Part shown: positions 37,827-50,032 of the stretch, piece after piece
Position numbering within the stretch: position 1 is the stretch's first letter
How the letters are laid out: every line of letters begins with the position of its first letter
NCBI RefSeq assembly: GCF_004010195.1
Contig: NC_057749.1
Span: 6,501,327 to 6,559,033 of the forward strand
Length of the DNA stretch: 57,707 nucleotides
Direction: 5' to 3'
Origin: Chiloscyllium plagiosum
Lineage: Eukaryota
Notes under the pieces: generated by a model
Database searches by the model: none
The model's input: the letters and a program-made list of their open reading frames with translations, nothing else
Told to the model about the DNA's origin: nothing
Program-made: the position numbers and the translations under genes

Positions 37827-38110
37827 GGGCGGCACGGTGGCACAGTGGTTAGCACTGCTGCCTCACAGCACCAGACACCCAGGTTCAATTCCCGCCTCGG
37901 GCGACTGTCTGTGTGGAGTTTGCATGGGTTTCCTCCGGGTACTCCGGTTTCCTCCCAAAGTGCAGGTTAGGTGAATTGGCCATGCTAAATTGCCCGAAGT
38001 GTTAGGTGAAGGGGTAAATGTAGGGGAATGGGTCTGGGTGGGTTGCTCTTCAGAGGGTCGGTGTGGACTTGCTGGGCCGAAGGGCCTGTTTCCACACTGT
38101 AAGTAATCTA
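37827..38110 (+). mobile_element. HE1-type V-SINE, young
   Basis: Intact head gggcggcacggtggcacagtggttagc. Confidence 0.93.
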
Positions 38111-39509
38111 AAGACTGAAAACTGGGGGAGTCAAAAGATTCATGAACCTGAGAGAGAACAATGATGGCGAGCAAAAGTTTCAGTGAAACATATATTGCAA
38201 GAGTAGGACTCTGGTCATATCAATGGAAGCCTGTTTTGTGTGGGGAACAGTCACCACATTGTGACCTCAATGAAAATAGTTGGTCAATGTCCAAAGGACA
38301 AACATGTCATCCATAAGATGTAGGCTCAGAAGCAGCTCATTCAGTTCATTAAGTTTGCTCCGCCATTCAATGAGATCATGGCTGATCTGATAATCCTCAA
38401 TTCCACTGCCCTGCCTTGTTTCTCATAAAGATTATTGAAGATGGGCTCTTGAAACTCGAGCCAATAGGAGGCCCCCACCTCCCAATGTTAGAAAACACAG
38501 CAGCTTGACCTTGATCATGAGAGAGAGTCCACAGCTTTAGTTTGGAGACTTCTCAAACACACTAACTTGCAATTTAAAAACAAGAACTGTGGGCCAGAAT
38601 TGTGGAAGCTCTCTACACGGTGGCTTGGGTCTGCACAAGGTGTCTTGACAGAGCATAATGGGGACAGACTGTTCCCATTGGTGAAAGGGTCTGCAAGGTT
38701 AAGGCACAGCTTTAAGATGACTGGCTGAAGAAGCTACAGCAACATGAGGAGCATGTTTCCCATGAAGTAAGTGCATTTACATTGAACAGTAGAGCACAGG
38801 AACAGGCCCTTTGGCCCACCATGTGTATGCTGACCATGATGCCATTCTAAACCAAACCCATTTGATGTTACGTATTCTGCTCAAAGTTTTATGGCATTCG
38901 AGAGTGTGGTGGAGGCAGATTCACACGAGACATCAGAGAGAAATGTGGAGTATAATCTGGAAAGGAAGACTGTGCAGGAGAAGATGAGGTTGTGACATAA
39001 GGGGTGCATTGTTCCTTATGTAACAGCTCTGTGATTCTGAAACAAGTTGGTGCCCACCAACTTGTTTCAGAGAACCTCTCGGTGTCCTGGTCTGCCACCC
39101 GAGACCTTCCACCAATCAGCCATGCTGCATCACTCACCTCCCATGATTCCAGTCAACATCAAATAATAAGGCCTCATATGGGGAGGTGGGAAATGGGGGC
39201 TGCTGGTGTATTCCCATTGAATGTTCAGTCCTCAGTTTCCATGTGATGATGGTAGGCAGGAGAGAAGTGAGATTAGGAAGCCAACTTTTAGTCTCTGTCA
39301 CTTTATTGAAGCCTAAAGTGAAGTTGATAAACTGCAGTAGGCTGTTCCTGTTGATCTTTCAGCATTGCCCATTCTCACATCCCAGTCTAAAACAATAACA
39401 CCTCGTCATAACATTAACTTTAACAATGTTCTTCGGAAGACTTATTTCTTCCTGCTGCTCGTGTGCCATCTGACCTTCACAATGATTCCCTCACAGTTTT
39501 TACCCAAGT

Positions 39510-39900
39510 AGCATTGGATTGGATAGACTGGCATTGTTTTCCTTGGAGCAGAGGAGATTGAGAGGGAACATGATAGAGATTCTGCGGGACATCGCGTAGA
39601 CAGGAAGAATTCTTTTCCTCTTGGTGGAGGGATCAACGACCAGGCCATAGATATAAGGGAAGGGGCATAAAGTTTAAAGGAGACATGAGGAAAATCATTT
39701 TCACCCAGGACGGTGATGGGAGTGTGGTACTCACTGCCTGTAATGGTGAAAGAGGTAGAACAATTGAGAAGTATGCAGATGTGAAGACTATGGGCCAAGT
39801 GCTGGAAAATGGGATGAGAATAGTTAGATAGTTATTGTTTTACCAGTGCAGACTCAATGGGCTGAATGGCTTTTCTCTGTGCTGTAGACATCTATGACTC
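39510..39900 (+). mobile_element. CR1 3' fragment, degenerate
   Basis: ccttggagcagaggagattgagaggg...gtgctgtagacatctatgactc. Confidence 0.8.
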
Positions 39901-40267
39901 CGCCATATAGTATCTGCTCATTAAGCTCACAACAAGCAATAAAGTACCACGACATACACATACACATACACATACTGTGATTGAACATCCAATTTCTTTT
40001 GCACAAATCCACACCCTGCCCCCCCACCTTTATGAGGCTGTTAAGTGAGTGGGGTTGGAGAGCCAGTGGGCATAAATATAACCTGGCCATCCATGGACAA
40101 AATAGGACTCTTGCTCCTATTTATAATTCACTGGCCTTGCCTAGGGTAGTCAAAATTAAGGAGAGGACAGTTTTTTTCAGCAATCCAACATGCACTGTTC
40201 AAATATAAAAGACATGCTTGGCTCTCCTGTTGGGCAATGTTAGTAATACTACCTCAGGGTCAGGAGG

Positions 40268-40614
40268 AGACAAAAATACAAAATTGTTGGCAAAGATCAG
40301 CCGATCTTGCAGCATCTGTGGAGAGAAATCAGAGTTAACAATTCAGATCCAGAGTTCTGAGGAAGGGTCACTCGACCCAAAGCATTAACTCTGATTTCTC
40401 TCCACAGATGCTGCAAGATCGACTGATCTTTGCCAACAATTTTGTATTTTTGTATTTTTGCCATCAGAGTTAACATTTCAGATCCAGAGTTCTGAGGAAG
40501 GGTCGTTCGACACTCTGATTTCTCTCCATAGATACCGGCAGACCTGCTGAGCTTTTCCAGCAATTTCTGTTTTTGTTTCTGATTTACAGCATCCTCAATT
40601 CTTTTGATTTTTAT
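40268..40614 (+). mobile_element. Family-E Penelope-type composite: 68-bp inverted repeat plus tandem second unit
   Basis: Arms 40271-40338 and 40385-40452 with 1 mismatch; CTGAGGA-AGGGTC twice; TSD tcagggt(c/t)aggagg at 40254-40267 and 40615-40628. Confidence 0.85.
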
Positions 40615-41139
40615 TCAGGGTTAGGAGGCCTGGGTTCAAGTTTCCCGCTCCCCGCACTTAAGAAAGGGGTTCAGGGTGATGTAATGGCAGAAGGGGAGTG
40701 AATATCAAGAGTTGGCATAAATTTAATTTTGCTTCCATCATTTGATTCCAGCTTTGCTCAGAGCTTGTGGCCACTTGCTGTTCTTTGCTGCAATGTGGCA
40801 GTGTTTCATAAGGCAACTCCTGTGAAAGTGGATCAGAATCCAAGTACAAAACATCATGACATCTGTATAGGTGCCAACTTCAACAACAGGCAGAGTTCAC
40901 TACAACCATCATTTTTGTCTCCTATGGAGACTGGCATGAACAAATTTGCAATTTTAAACGAGCATTACTACATGAAGAGTAATTCAATGTTGTAAGTAGT
41001 CTGCAGGTTTACATTCACATGCCAATACATACATATAAGTAATCTGTATTTGCCAGGAATTTGGGGAAACTTTTGTAAATATCTGCCCAAAGTCCCATTC
41101 CAGATATTTGAACGAGGATCACTATTTTAAATCTAATGG

Positions 41140-43030
41140 TGTCATGGGTTTAAATGGAGAGGAATTTGTTAAGTGCGTACAAGACAATTTTCTGATTCAG
41201 TATGTAGATGTACCTACTAGAGAAGTTGCAAAACCTGACCTACTCTTTGGAAATAAGGCAGAGCAGATGACTGAGGTGTCAGTGGGGGACCACTTTGGGA
41301 CTAGTGACCATAATTCTATTAGATTTAAAATAGTGATGGAAAAGGATAGACCAGATCTAAAAGTTGAAGTTCTAAAATGGAGAAAGACCAATTTTGACGG
41401 TATTAGGCAAGAACTTTCGAAAGCTGATTGGGGGAAAATATTCGCAGGTAAAGGGATGGCTGGAAAATGGGAAGCCTTCAGAAATGAGAATAATGAGAGT
41501 CCAGAGAAAGTATATTCCTGTTAGGGTGAAAAGAAAGGCTGGTAGGTATAGGGAATGCTGGATGACTAAAGAAATTGAGGGTTTGGTTAGGAAAAAGAAG
41601 GAAGCATATGTAAGGTGGAGACAGGATAGATCGAGTGAATCCTTAGAGTATAAAGAAAGTAGGAGTATACCTAAGAGAGAAATCAAGAGGGCAAAAAGGG
41701 GACATGAGATAGNNNNNNNNNNNNNNNNNNNNNNNNNNNNNNNNNNNNNNNNNNNNNNNNNNNNNNNNNNNNNNNNNNNNNNNNNNNNNNNNNNNNNNNN
41801 NNNNNNNNNNNNNNNNNNNNNNNNNNNNNNNNNNNNNNNNNNNNNNNNNNNNNNNNNNNNNNNNNNNNNNNNNNNNNNNNNNNNNNNNNNNNNNNNNNNN
41901 NNNNNNNNNNNNNNNNNNNNNNNNNNNNNNNNNNNNNNNNNNNNNNNNNNNNNNNNNNNNNNNNNNNNNNNNNNNNNNNNNNNNNNNNNNNNNNNNNNNN
42001 NNNNNNNNNNNNNNNNNNNNNNNNNNNNNNNNNNNNNNNNNNNNNNNNNNNNNNNNNNNNNNNNNNNNNNNNNNNNNNNNNNNNNNNNNNNNNNNNNNNN
42101 NNNNNNNNNNNNNNNNNNNNNNNNNNNNNNNNNNNNNNNNNNNNNNNNNNNNNNNNNNNNNNNNNNNNNNNNNNNNNNNNNNNNNNNNNNNNNNNNNNNN
42201 NNNNNNNNNNNNNNNNNNNNNNNNNNNNNNNNNNNNNNNNNNNNNNNNNNNNNNNNNNNNNNNNNNNNNNNNNNNNNNNNNNNNNNNNNNNNNNNNNNNN
42301 NNNNNNNNNNNNNNNNNNNNNNNNNNNNNNNNNNNNNNNNNNNNNNNNNNNNNNNNNNNNNNNNNNNNNNNNNNNNNNNNNNNNNNNNNNNNNNNNNNNN
42401 NNNNNNNNNNNNNNNNNNNNNNNNNNNNNNNNNNNNNNNNNNNNNNNNNNNNNNNNNNNNNNNNNNNNNNNNNNNNNNNNNNNNNNNNNNNNNNNNNNNN
42501 NNNNNNNNNNNNNNNNNNNNNNNNNNNNNNNNNNNNNNNNNNNNNNNNNNNNNNNNNNNNNNNNNNNNNNNNNNNNNNNNNNNNNNNNNNNNNNNNNNNN
42601 NNNNNNNNNNNNNNNNNNNNNNNNNNNNNNNNNNNNNNNNNNNNNNNNNNNNNNNNNCCTTATAGAGTTTACAAAATTATGAGGGGCATGGATAGGATAA
42701 GTAAACAAAGTCTTTTCCCTGGGGTCGTGGAGTCCAGAACTAGAGGGCATAGGTTTAGGGTGAGAGGGGAAAGTTTTAAAAGAGACCTAAGGGGCAACGT
42801 TTTCATGCAGAGGGTGGTACGTGTTTGGAATGAGCTGCCAGAGGAAGTGGTGGAGGCTGGTACAATTGCAACGTTTAAGAGGCATTTGGATGAGTATATG
42901 AACAGGAAGGGTTTGGAGGGATATGGGCCGGATGCTGGCAGGTGGGACTAGATTGGGTTGGGATATCTGGTCGGCATAGACGGTTTGGACCGAAGGGTCT
43001 GTTTCCATGCTGTACATCTCTGACTCTATA
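41140..43030 (+). mobile_element. Young CR1 (HER1-like) LINE, ORF2 portion spanning an N-gap
   Basis: FVKCVQDNFLIQYVDVPTRE...HFGTSDHNSIRF (endonuclease C-terminus); 3' end RVVRVWNELPEEVVEAG. Confidence 0.93.
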
Positions 43031-43225
43031 ACCACCCTATCCACACGTGATGCAAACTTCAAAGAATTCTGTAGCTGAAGCCCTAGGTCCCTCTGTTTTA
43101 CAACACTACCCAGGGCCCTACTTTTAATCATATTAAGTCCTGCCATTGTTTGTTTTAGCAAAATACAATACCAAATTTTCTCCAAATTAAACTCCATCTG
43201 CCACTCTTCAGCCCATTAACCCAAT
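43030..43225 (-). mobile_element. CR1 RT fragment
   Basis: MEFNLEK...LGSVVKQRDLG. Confidence 0.8.
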
Positions 43226-43237
43226 TTTGTTTTTAAA

Positions 43238-44095
43238 TTATTAACCACCAGCAGTAAATCACTCCCATTGTAGTCAGTTAGAAACTTACAGGCAAACCAT
43301 CATAAGTGTGTGAAGAGTCGGGAGAGACGCTACCATTGTGCCACAAAACCTGGCTGGGGTCTGCTTTTTATTTAAATGAACCTGTTCAAAGATACTTTTA
43401 CACACCTCTGGAGCAAGCGGGACTTGAACCCAAGCCTCCTGGCTCAGGAAGTAGGAGCACTACCACTATGCCACAACAGCCCTTTGGGTCAACTCTATTT
43501 TATTTTTGTTAATCTGTCTGTTCGGATGTGTTATGACATGTCCGGAGAGCAGTGGAGCTAACCTCGGTCTCCTGGGTCAGAGGTAGGGACTCTACCACAA
43601 GAGCCTCATGGGTCTGCTTTTTTTTTTAAAACATATATCTGGAAGTGTTATCACACACATCCGAATGACTTTCTCGCCACCAAATCACCATGACGTTTTT
43701 TTATTTTAACTATTAATTATCACCAGTAATCATTTGTGTATCCAATTAGATATTTACAAGCAAACCCTATTTTGGGCAACATAAGTTGTCAAAAGTGAAG
43801 GTGGGGGCAGCATGGATGGAGAGCATTTTGGGCCCTTGAGACTCCCTTGTTATATGTTGTTTTAACTTCACCTGATTTTTCGAGTCAATGTCCAGGGATA
43901 TTATTACATACCTCTGGAGCAGATGGGTGTGGATCCCGGGGGGGTCTAGGTCAGGGGTAGAGATGCTACCACTGCACCACAAGAGAGCCCCTGGGTTTGC
44001 TTTGTTTTTGTGAGTTATGTTTTATTATTCATTTTTTTTTCCACCACCAGTAAAACACCCATGTAGTTAATGAAACAATTATAAGCTCCGTAACA
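43238..44095 (-). repeat. Degenerate tandem array of short tRNA-head SINE units
   Basis: cacctctggagca...ttgaacccaagcctcc...ctaccact...ccacaa recurs 3-5 times, and a caccagtaa...gtagt spacer recurs 3 times. Confidence 0.6.
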
Positions 44096-44338
44096 GGCAC
44101 TGCTGTCATTTAAAAAAAAGTGAACAGGGGTTAGGGAAAGAAGGAGGGGACTAAATCTGGGGCCATTTAATAAAGGGCTCAGGTAATGAGTTCCAACTGG
44201 TCAGCCCTTGCCTGTTACCAAGGAAACTCATCCTCAATGAGCACCATAGGGAGATTAATTAGTGATTCTCCATTGGCCTTGTAGAGGTTATCATCGTCAC
44301 TATAATGAATTTATCCCTGCTGCTTAACTTGCCCCATT

Positions 44339-44966
44339 TGTTATAGACCAGACCAGATCCCGTCAAAATATGTTAAGAAAGTAGCCTAGACCATCGCTTT
44401 TTTCTTATCTTAAAGGCAAATTTGAGGTGCTGTCTTCCACATGCAACTTGTTTGGTTAAACTACCAACATTAAGCAAAACACAATTTATTAAAACATTAT
44501 AGTTAAAATACAACAAAAGAAAGAGAAACGTGGAATAACTTAATTCTATTGGCTATCTTAACAGAAAAATAGGTTATTTTACTCCTAAACATTAACTGTT
44601 CCAATATAGCAACGTCCTCATAAGCACACCCTAAGCAAAAGGCAAATTCAGATACAGATTGTCACATGCAGTTCTTCAATCCAGGTGGAAAGAACATCAA
44701 AAGAAAGAGAGAGAGCCAGGACAGATTCACTGCCTTCCAACCCTGCTGAGACCCCAGCAACAATGGCTGAAAACTAACTAAAAATACTGGATCAATGTGA
44801 GCTCGACCACACCCATTCAGGCTGCCTCTATTGTTCCAACTTTAAAAAAGAATCATGGCCTCACAAGTTGTTTATCTTGTCGTGGACTACTTGCCATCTG
44901 TAACCCAGTCTATCTCAAAATGTAACCAGGACAAAACACACCTCTTAAAACCATAATATCATCACA
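44339..44966 (-). mobile_element. Full-length solo LTR (628 bp)
   Basis: tgttatag...atcaca termini; AATAAA on the - strand at ~44485; colinear with the split copy at 1574-3216. Confidence 0.72.
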
Positions 44967-47020
44967 CACCCAATAGTAGCCATGCTTCTTTTCTTGTTAA
45001 GAACAGTCTTTCAGTTGTTATTGTTATGAATTTAGAATTGGTGGAGTGTCAAGGAATGGCCTCAGCAAACTGAGTTATGATTCATGCTGTGTTTTATGAA
45101 AGCCTAGTCAGAACATTTTAAAAAAAAAGTTCCCCTTTTACTTAAAAGGAGTTTTGCTCTTCACATTGTAGGAAGGAGACACTTTGATTTGGAGGCATTA
45201 CAATGAAGGGTCAGTAGATTGGTCTCTTGGATGAGAGTATGCAAAGATTGGGCCAAAGTTTAGTACTGCAATGAGAAGGAATAGTTTCACTTCAAAATAG
45301 TTGGAACCCGTGTACCCCAGAGATTTTTGGATGCTTCATCACTGAGTAAATTTAAGGCTGAAGGAGATGGATTATTCGCCTCCCAGTCCATATTTAAGTC
45401 AGAGGAAGGGTAAACTAGCAGTGAGGGTCCATATTCAATTTGATATGGTTTGACTGGGAAGCTCAGGACTCAAGATTTTGTACAAGCTGAACTACTTGGG
45501 AAGTTCTAGATACTTCTGGTGGTCTGGATGGCCATGCATGCTGGAACTGCCTACTGTTGGAGATGCGTTTTGGGAGCTTGAGCTGCAGCTAGGGAGACAC
45601 TATAGTACATTCATGAGGTTGAGAGATTTGTGCATGACATACTTCAGGATGTGGTCACCACACGTGCAGGCACCGAGGGAATGGGTGACCACCAGACAGA
45701 AGAAGGGGATCAGGCAGGGAATGAAGATATCTCCTGAGAGCATTTCAATTGTGAGCTATTTCTTGGTGAGAGTGATGGTTCCTCCATGGAACAGCAGGTG
45801 CCAAGACCATAGCACTGTTAGTGGTCCAGCTGCTCGTGCCCAGATCGGAAGTACTGTAGAAGGTCAGTAGTGGTGGAGGATTCGTTAGTGAGGGAATAGA
45901 CAGAGGCTTTTGATGGACTCCAGGGTATTCAGTTGCCTTCTGGCTGCTAGGGTCAAGGACGGCAGGGAATGTCTGCAGGGCACTTTGACAGGGGAGGATG
46001 AACAGTCAGAGATCATAGTATACTTTGGAGCTAATAACATAGGAAGAGAGAGAAAACAAGAGTTCTTGAAAGCAGGCTGTAAAGAGTTAAGTAGGAAATT
46101 GAAAAGCCAGACATCAAAGACAGTCACCTTCAGATTACTCCCGGTGCCACACAAGAATAGAATAATAAAGAAATGCTTAAATCATGTTTGGCTGGAGAAT
46201 TGGTGAAGGAGGGAGTGCTTTAGATTTTTAAGGGCTTGGATCTGTTACTATTTGTGAATGTAACTATGCCACAGCAGTTGTGGAGGGAATAGTGAGAGTA
46301 AGGGCAAATATGTTCTCCATAAGAACAAAGTGTGTGACCAAGACTAGAGAACCCTGGATGTCAAGGGACATAAAGGATATAATTAAGGAAAAGGAGAAAT
46401 GTATGGCAAGTACTGAGACCTCAATACGGCATAGTTTCTGAAAGTGCAGGAGCAGGGATCATAATAAATAAATTACAAATGAAAAGAGAATATATGAGAA
46501 ACAATTATTGGGTGGAATAAAATAAAGGAAAACCCAAATGATTGTTTTAAATAAAGAAAGAGCAATATAATAACTAGGGAAAGAGTAGGGCTCATTATGG
46601 ACCAGAGAGGTAATGTGTATTTGGAGCTAGTCATCAATGAATATATTGTATCAGTCTTCACAATGAAAAAGGACAATGCAGATATAGCTACCAGGATGGG
46701 GAACTGTGAAATATTTGAAGAAATTAACAGAGTTTTTTTGATGAGGTAACAAACAAGGTTGATGAAGGGGGAGCAGTAGATGTTGTCTGTATGGACTTCA
46801 GCAAAGTGTTCAACAAGGTTCCGTATGGTAGACTGGTGAGCAATGTTAGATCGCATGGGATCCAGGCAGAGCCAACCAACTGGCTTCAGACTTAGCTCGA
46901 AGGGAGGAGAAAGTGGGGATGATAGAGTTACTGCTTTTCAGACTGCAGCCCTCTGACCATCAGTGTCAGCCCTCTGACCATAAGGGTCAGTGCTGGGTCA
47001 ACTATCTTTCATCATTTATA

Positions 47021-47819
47021 TAGGGGAACCTCGATTATCCGAACATGATGGGCGGGTACTATTTCGTTCGGATAATCAATTATATGGTTAATCGATTAAA
47101 TGCCTTTCCGCTAGGGCTCCGAGTTTTTAACAGTCTGCTCCTCCTTCAGGCGACTGCAGGAGCACACAGTTCACAGGGCCCTGCCCCCAACCCTGTGCAA
47201 TACCGCCCCTCCACTCCCAACACTACCTCCCCACCCTGACCTCCACTCCCAACGCTGTCCAACACCGCCCCATCCCCACCACTTCCCGCTGCCATCCAAC
47301 ACCGCCCCTTAACCCCAACCCCGCCCAACTCAGCCCTTCCACCCCATAACCCCGCCCAACACAGCTCCCAACAACACCCGGCCCCAACTCCGTCCAACCC
47401 TGTCCACCCCCTGCCCCTCTCCGGGACAGCTGGACTGTACACCAAAACCAACAAGACTGCTGCAGCTGCCTTTGTGGGGTAAGTCTCCAAATAGCATGCA
47501 CACACACACACACCCCTTTTTACTGCAACTTTTTGACAGGTTCCACCTTTGCCCTGTACAGGACAATGTTGGAGAGATTATCTGGGGAAGGAGGGTTTAG
47601 GGTACATCCCCTGTGTAGGACTCTATGGAAAGGTGGGGAGAGAGAGAGGTCGGACACTCAGTCATTTGGAGACAGTGCCTGTTTAATCACTTTAAACAAA
47701 AGACACGATCACTGTTGGAAACAAGTCTTTGATGTCATGTTTCCATCGGAACCTCGAGATCTGCTTTGGATAATCCAATTTTTGGATAATTGGTATTCAG
47801 ATCATCGAGGTTCCCCTTG
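47021..47819. mobile_element. Tigger/pogo-like non-autonomous DNA transposon (MITE)
   Basis: TIRs aggggaacctcgattatccgaa / ttcagatcatcgaggttcccct; TA on both sides; subterminal ggataat repeats; interrupts the CR1 RT. Confidence 0.85.
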
Positions 47820-48110
47820 TATAAAGAATTTGGATGTGAATATAGGAGGTATGGTTCACAAGTTTACAGATAACAACAAAATAGTGTTGTAGTGGATGAT
47901 AAAGAAGGTTATCTCAGAGTACAATAGGACCTTCATCAGCAGGGCCAATGAATCATGGAGTGGCAGATGGAGTTGTGAGTTGTTGCATTTTGGTAAGGCA
48001 AACCAGCACAAGATATACATAGTTAATGGTAGGCCCTTGGGGAATGTTGTCGAACAAAAAGACCTTGGGGTGCAAGTGTGTAGTTCCTTGATAATGGGGT
48101 CACAGGAAAA

Positions 48111-48627
48111 GCATAGAGTCATAGAGATGTACAGCGTGGAAACAGACCCTTCGGTCCAACCAATCCATGCTGACCAGATATCCCAAACCAATCTAGTCCC
48201 ACCTGCCAGCACTCGGCCCATATCCCTCCGAACCCTTCCAATTCATATACCCATCCAAATGCCTCTTAAATGTTGCAATTGTACCAGCCTCCACCAAAGT
48301 TGCCCCTTAGGTCTCTTTTATATCTTTCCCCTCTCACCCTAAACCTATGCCCTCTAGTTCTGGACTCCCCGATCCCAGGGAAAAGACTTTGCCAATATAC
48401 CCTATCCATGCCCCTCATCATTTTGTAAACCTATAAGGTCACCCTTCAGCCTCCGAGGCTCCACGGAAAACAGCCCCAGCCTGTTCAGCCTCTCCTATAG
48501 CTCAAGCCCTTTCAAGTTTCACAACATCTTTCCGATAGGAAGGAGACCAGAATTGCACGCAATATTCCAACAGTGGCCTAACCAATGTTCTGTACAGCAG
48601 CAACTCCTGTACTCAATACTCTGATCA
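48111..48627 (-). mobile_element. Younger CR1 3' fragment nested in the older CR1
   Basis: agagtcatagag tail; very similar to 56076-56710. Confidence 0.9.
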
Positions 48628-49364
48628 AAGAATGCATTTGGTATGCTTGCCTTCACTGATCGGAACATTGAGTAGTGGATTTGGGATGTCACGTTGCAGC
48701 TATACAAGATCTTGTTGAGGACCACTTTTCGAACGCTGTGCACAATTCTGGTCACCCTTCTATGGGAAGGGTCTTGTTAAACTTGAGAGAGTACAGAAAA
48801 GATTGACGAGGTTGTTGCTGGAACAGGAGGGTTTGAGCTGTAGGGAGAGGCTGGGGCTTTTCGTCCCTCGAGCCTCGGAGGCTGAGGGGTGAACTTGTAG
48901 AGGCTTACTAAATCATGAGGGGCATGGATGGGGTAATAGTCAAGGTCTTTTTCCTCAGGTGGAGGAATCCAAAACTAGAGGGTATAGGCTTCAGGTGAGG
49001 GGGGGGAAAGGTTTTAAAAAAGGACTGGAGAGGTTACTTTTACACGCAGAGGGTGGTATGTGGATGTGTGGAATGAGCTGCCAGAGGAAGTGGTGGAGGC
49101 TGGTACAATTACAGCATTTAAAAGGCATCTGGATGGGGACATGAATAGGAAGGGTTTAGAAGGATATGGGCCAAATGCTGGCAAATGAGACTAGGTCAGA
49201 TTGGGGCGCCTGGTCAGCATGGTCTGTTTCCATGCTGTATGACTCTATTGATACGAGTTGGCTTTGAAACCTAAAAAGTGGATAAATTTGCAGGTCTGGA
49301 TGAGATGAATTCCAGGCTGTTGAGGGAAGAGATATATGGAGTCTGGGCAGTAACTTTCAAGTTA

Positions 49365-50021
49365 CAATATGTCTGCACTTGTTCCTGCAGCTCAGTTTGC
49401 CAGGTCTTTTTCTGCAGTTCGCTTACTTTCCTCAGAACATGTTTAACAATTCCAGTATAACGACCAAAGATCAGTTACCAGAAGCTTGTCATGAATCAAA
49501 AACATTTCGACATTATGGAGGTTAAAGGCTGAATGTTCGCCGTGGGGTGGCACGTGTGGTGAAAGGGTTAAAATTGTGTCCCAATACATGTGTGAATCTA
49601 ACCGAAAATGGAAGGTGTCGCTTAGTCCCGTGTGAATCTTATTATACACCTTCCCGTGTGAATCTTCTTATCTGTATGTAACCAGAATGGAATGTGTTTT
49701 TTAGCCTTGCTCTGCTGTTCACATGAATGTTTATATCTGGAAAAGAGTATATCAGCTGGAAAAGTCTCCAGTTCGGTAGAGTCTGCTCCGGGGTTACGTT
49801 TAACCGCCGAGCGTGGGTTGTTGGCAACCGCTCTACGAGAACTGACGGCTCCCAGTTCCGGTAACACGTAGAGTGAGTATAAACCAGACCCGTTGTAAGT
49901 ACGAGACCTGGTTGTGGCGACGCTGCGGGGAATAAAACACTTATATTCTAGCAGACTCGCCTCTTGGCTGTTTGTTCTGTGTCAGACTACTTTCCTGCGA
50001 GCCTGGTCCTTGACCTTGAGA
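49365..50021 (+). mobile_element. LTR-like, CpG-rich element (ends unresolved)
   Basis: tgtgaatct x3, TATAAA at 49878 and AATAAA at 49931 in U3-R-U5 order. Confidence 0.45.
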
Positions 50022-50032
50022 ATTTTTTAAAA

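Larger units (their letters stand above)
45480..49248 (+). mobile_element. Internally deleted, degenerate CR1 spanning ORF1 to the 3' tail, with two nested insertions
   Basis: ORF1 SGNH-esterase remnant (ARVKD...IIVYFGANNIGR...LKSQTSK...LLPVP, 45910-46206); RT remnants at 46730-47020 and 47820-48105; 3' end at 48628-49248. Confidence 0.85.

Noticed and set aside
37827..37900. tRNA gene
   Set aside because: tRNA-derived SINE head continuing directly into the V-domain; the same applies to the other heads
41394..42750. ORFs of 423 and 355 aa
   Set aside because: Mostly N; the real part is frameshifted CR1 ORF2
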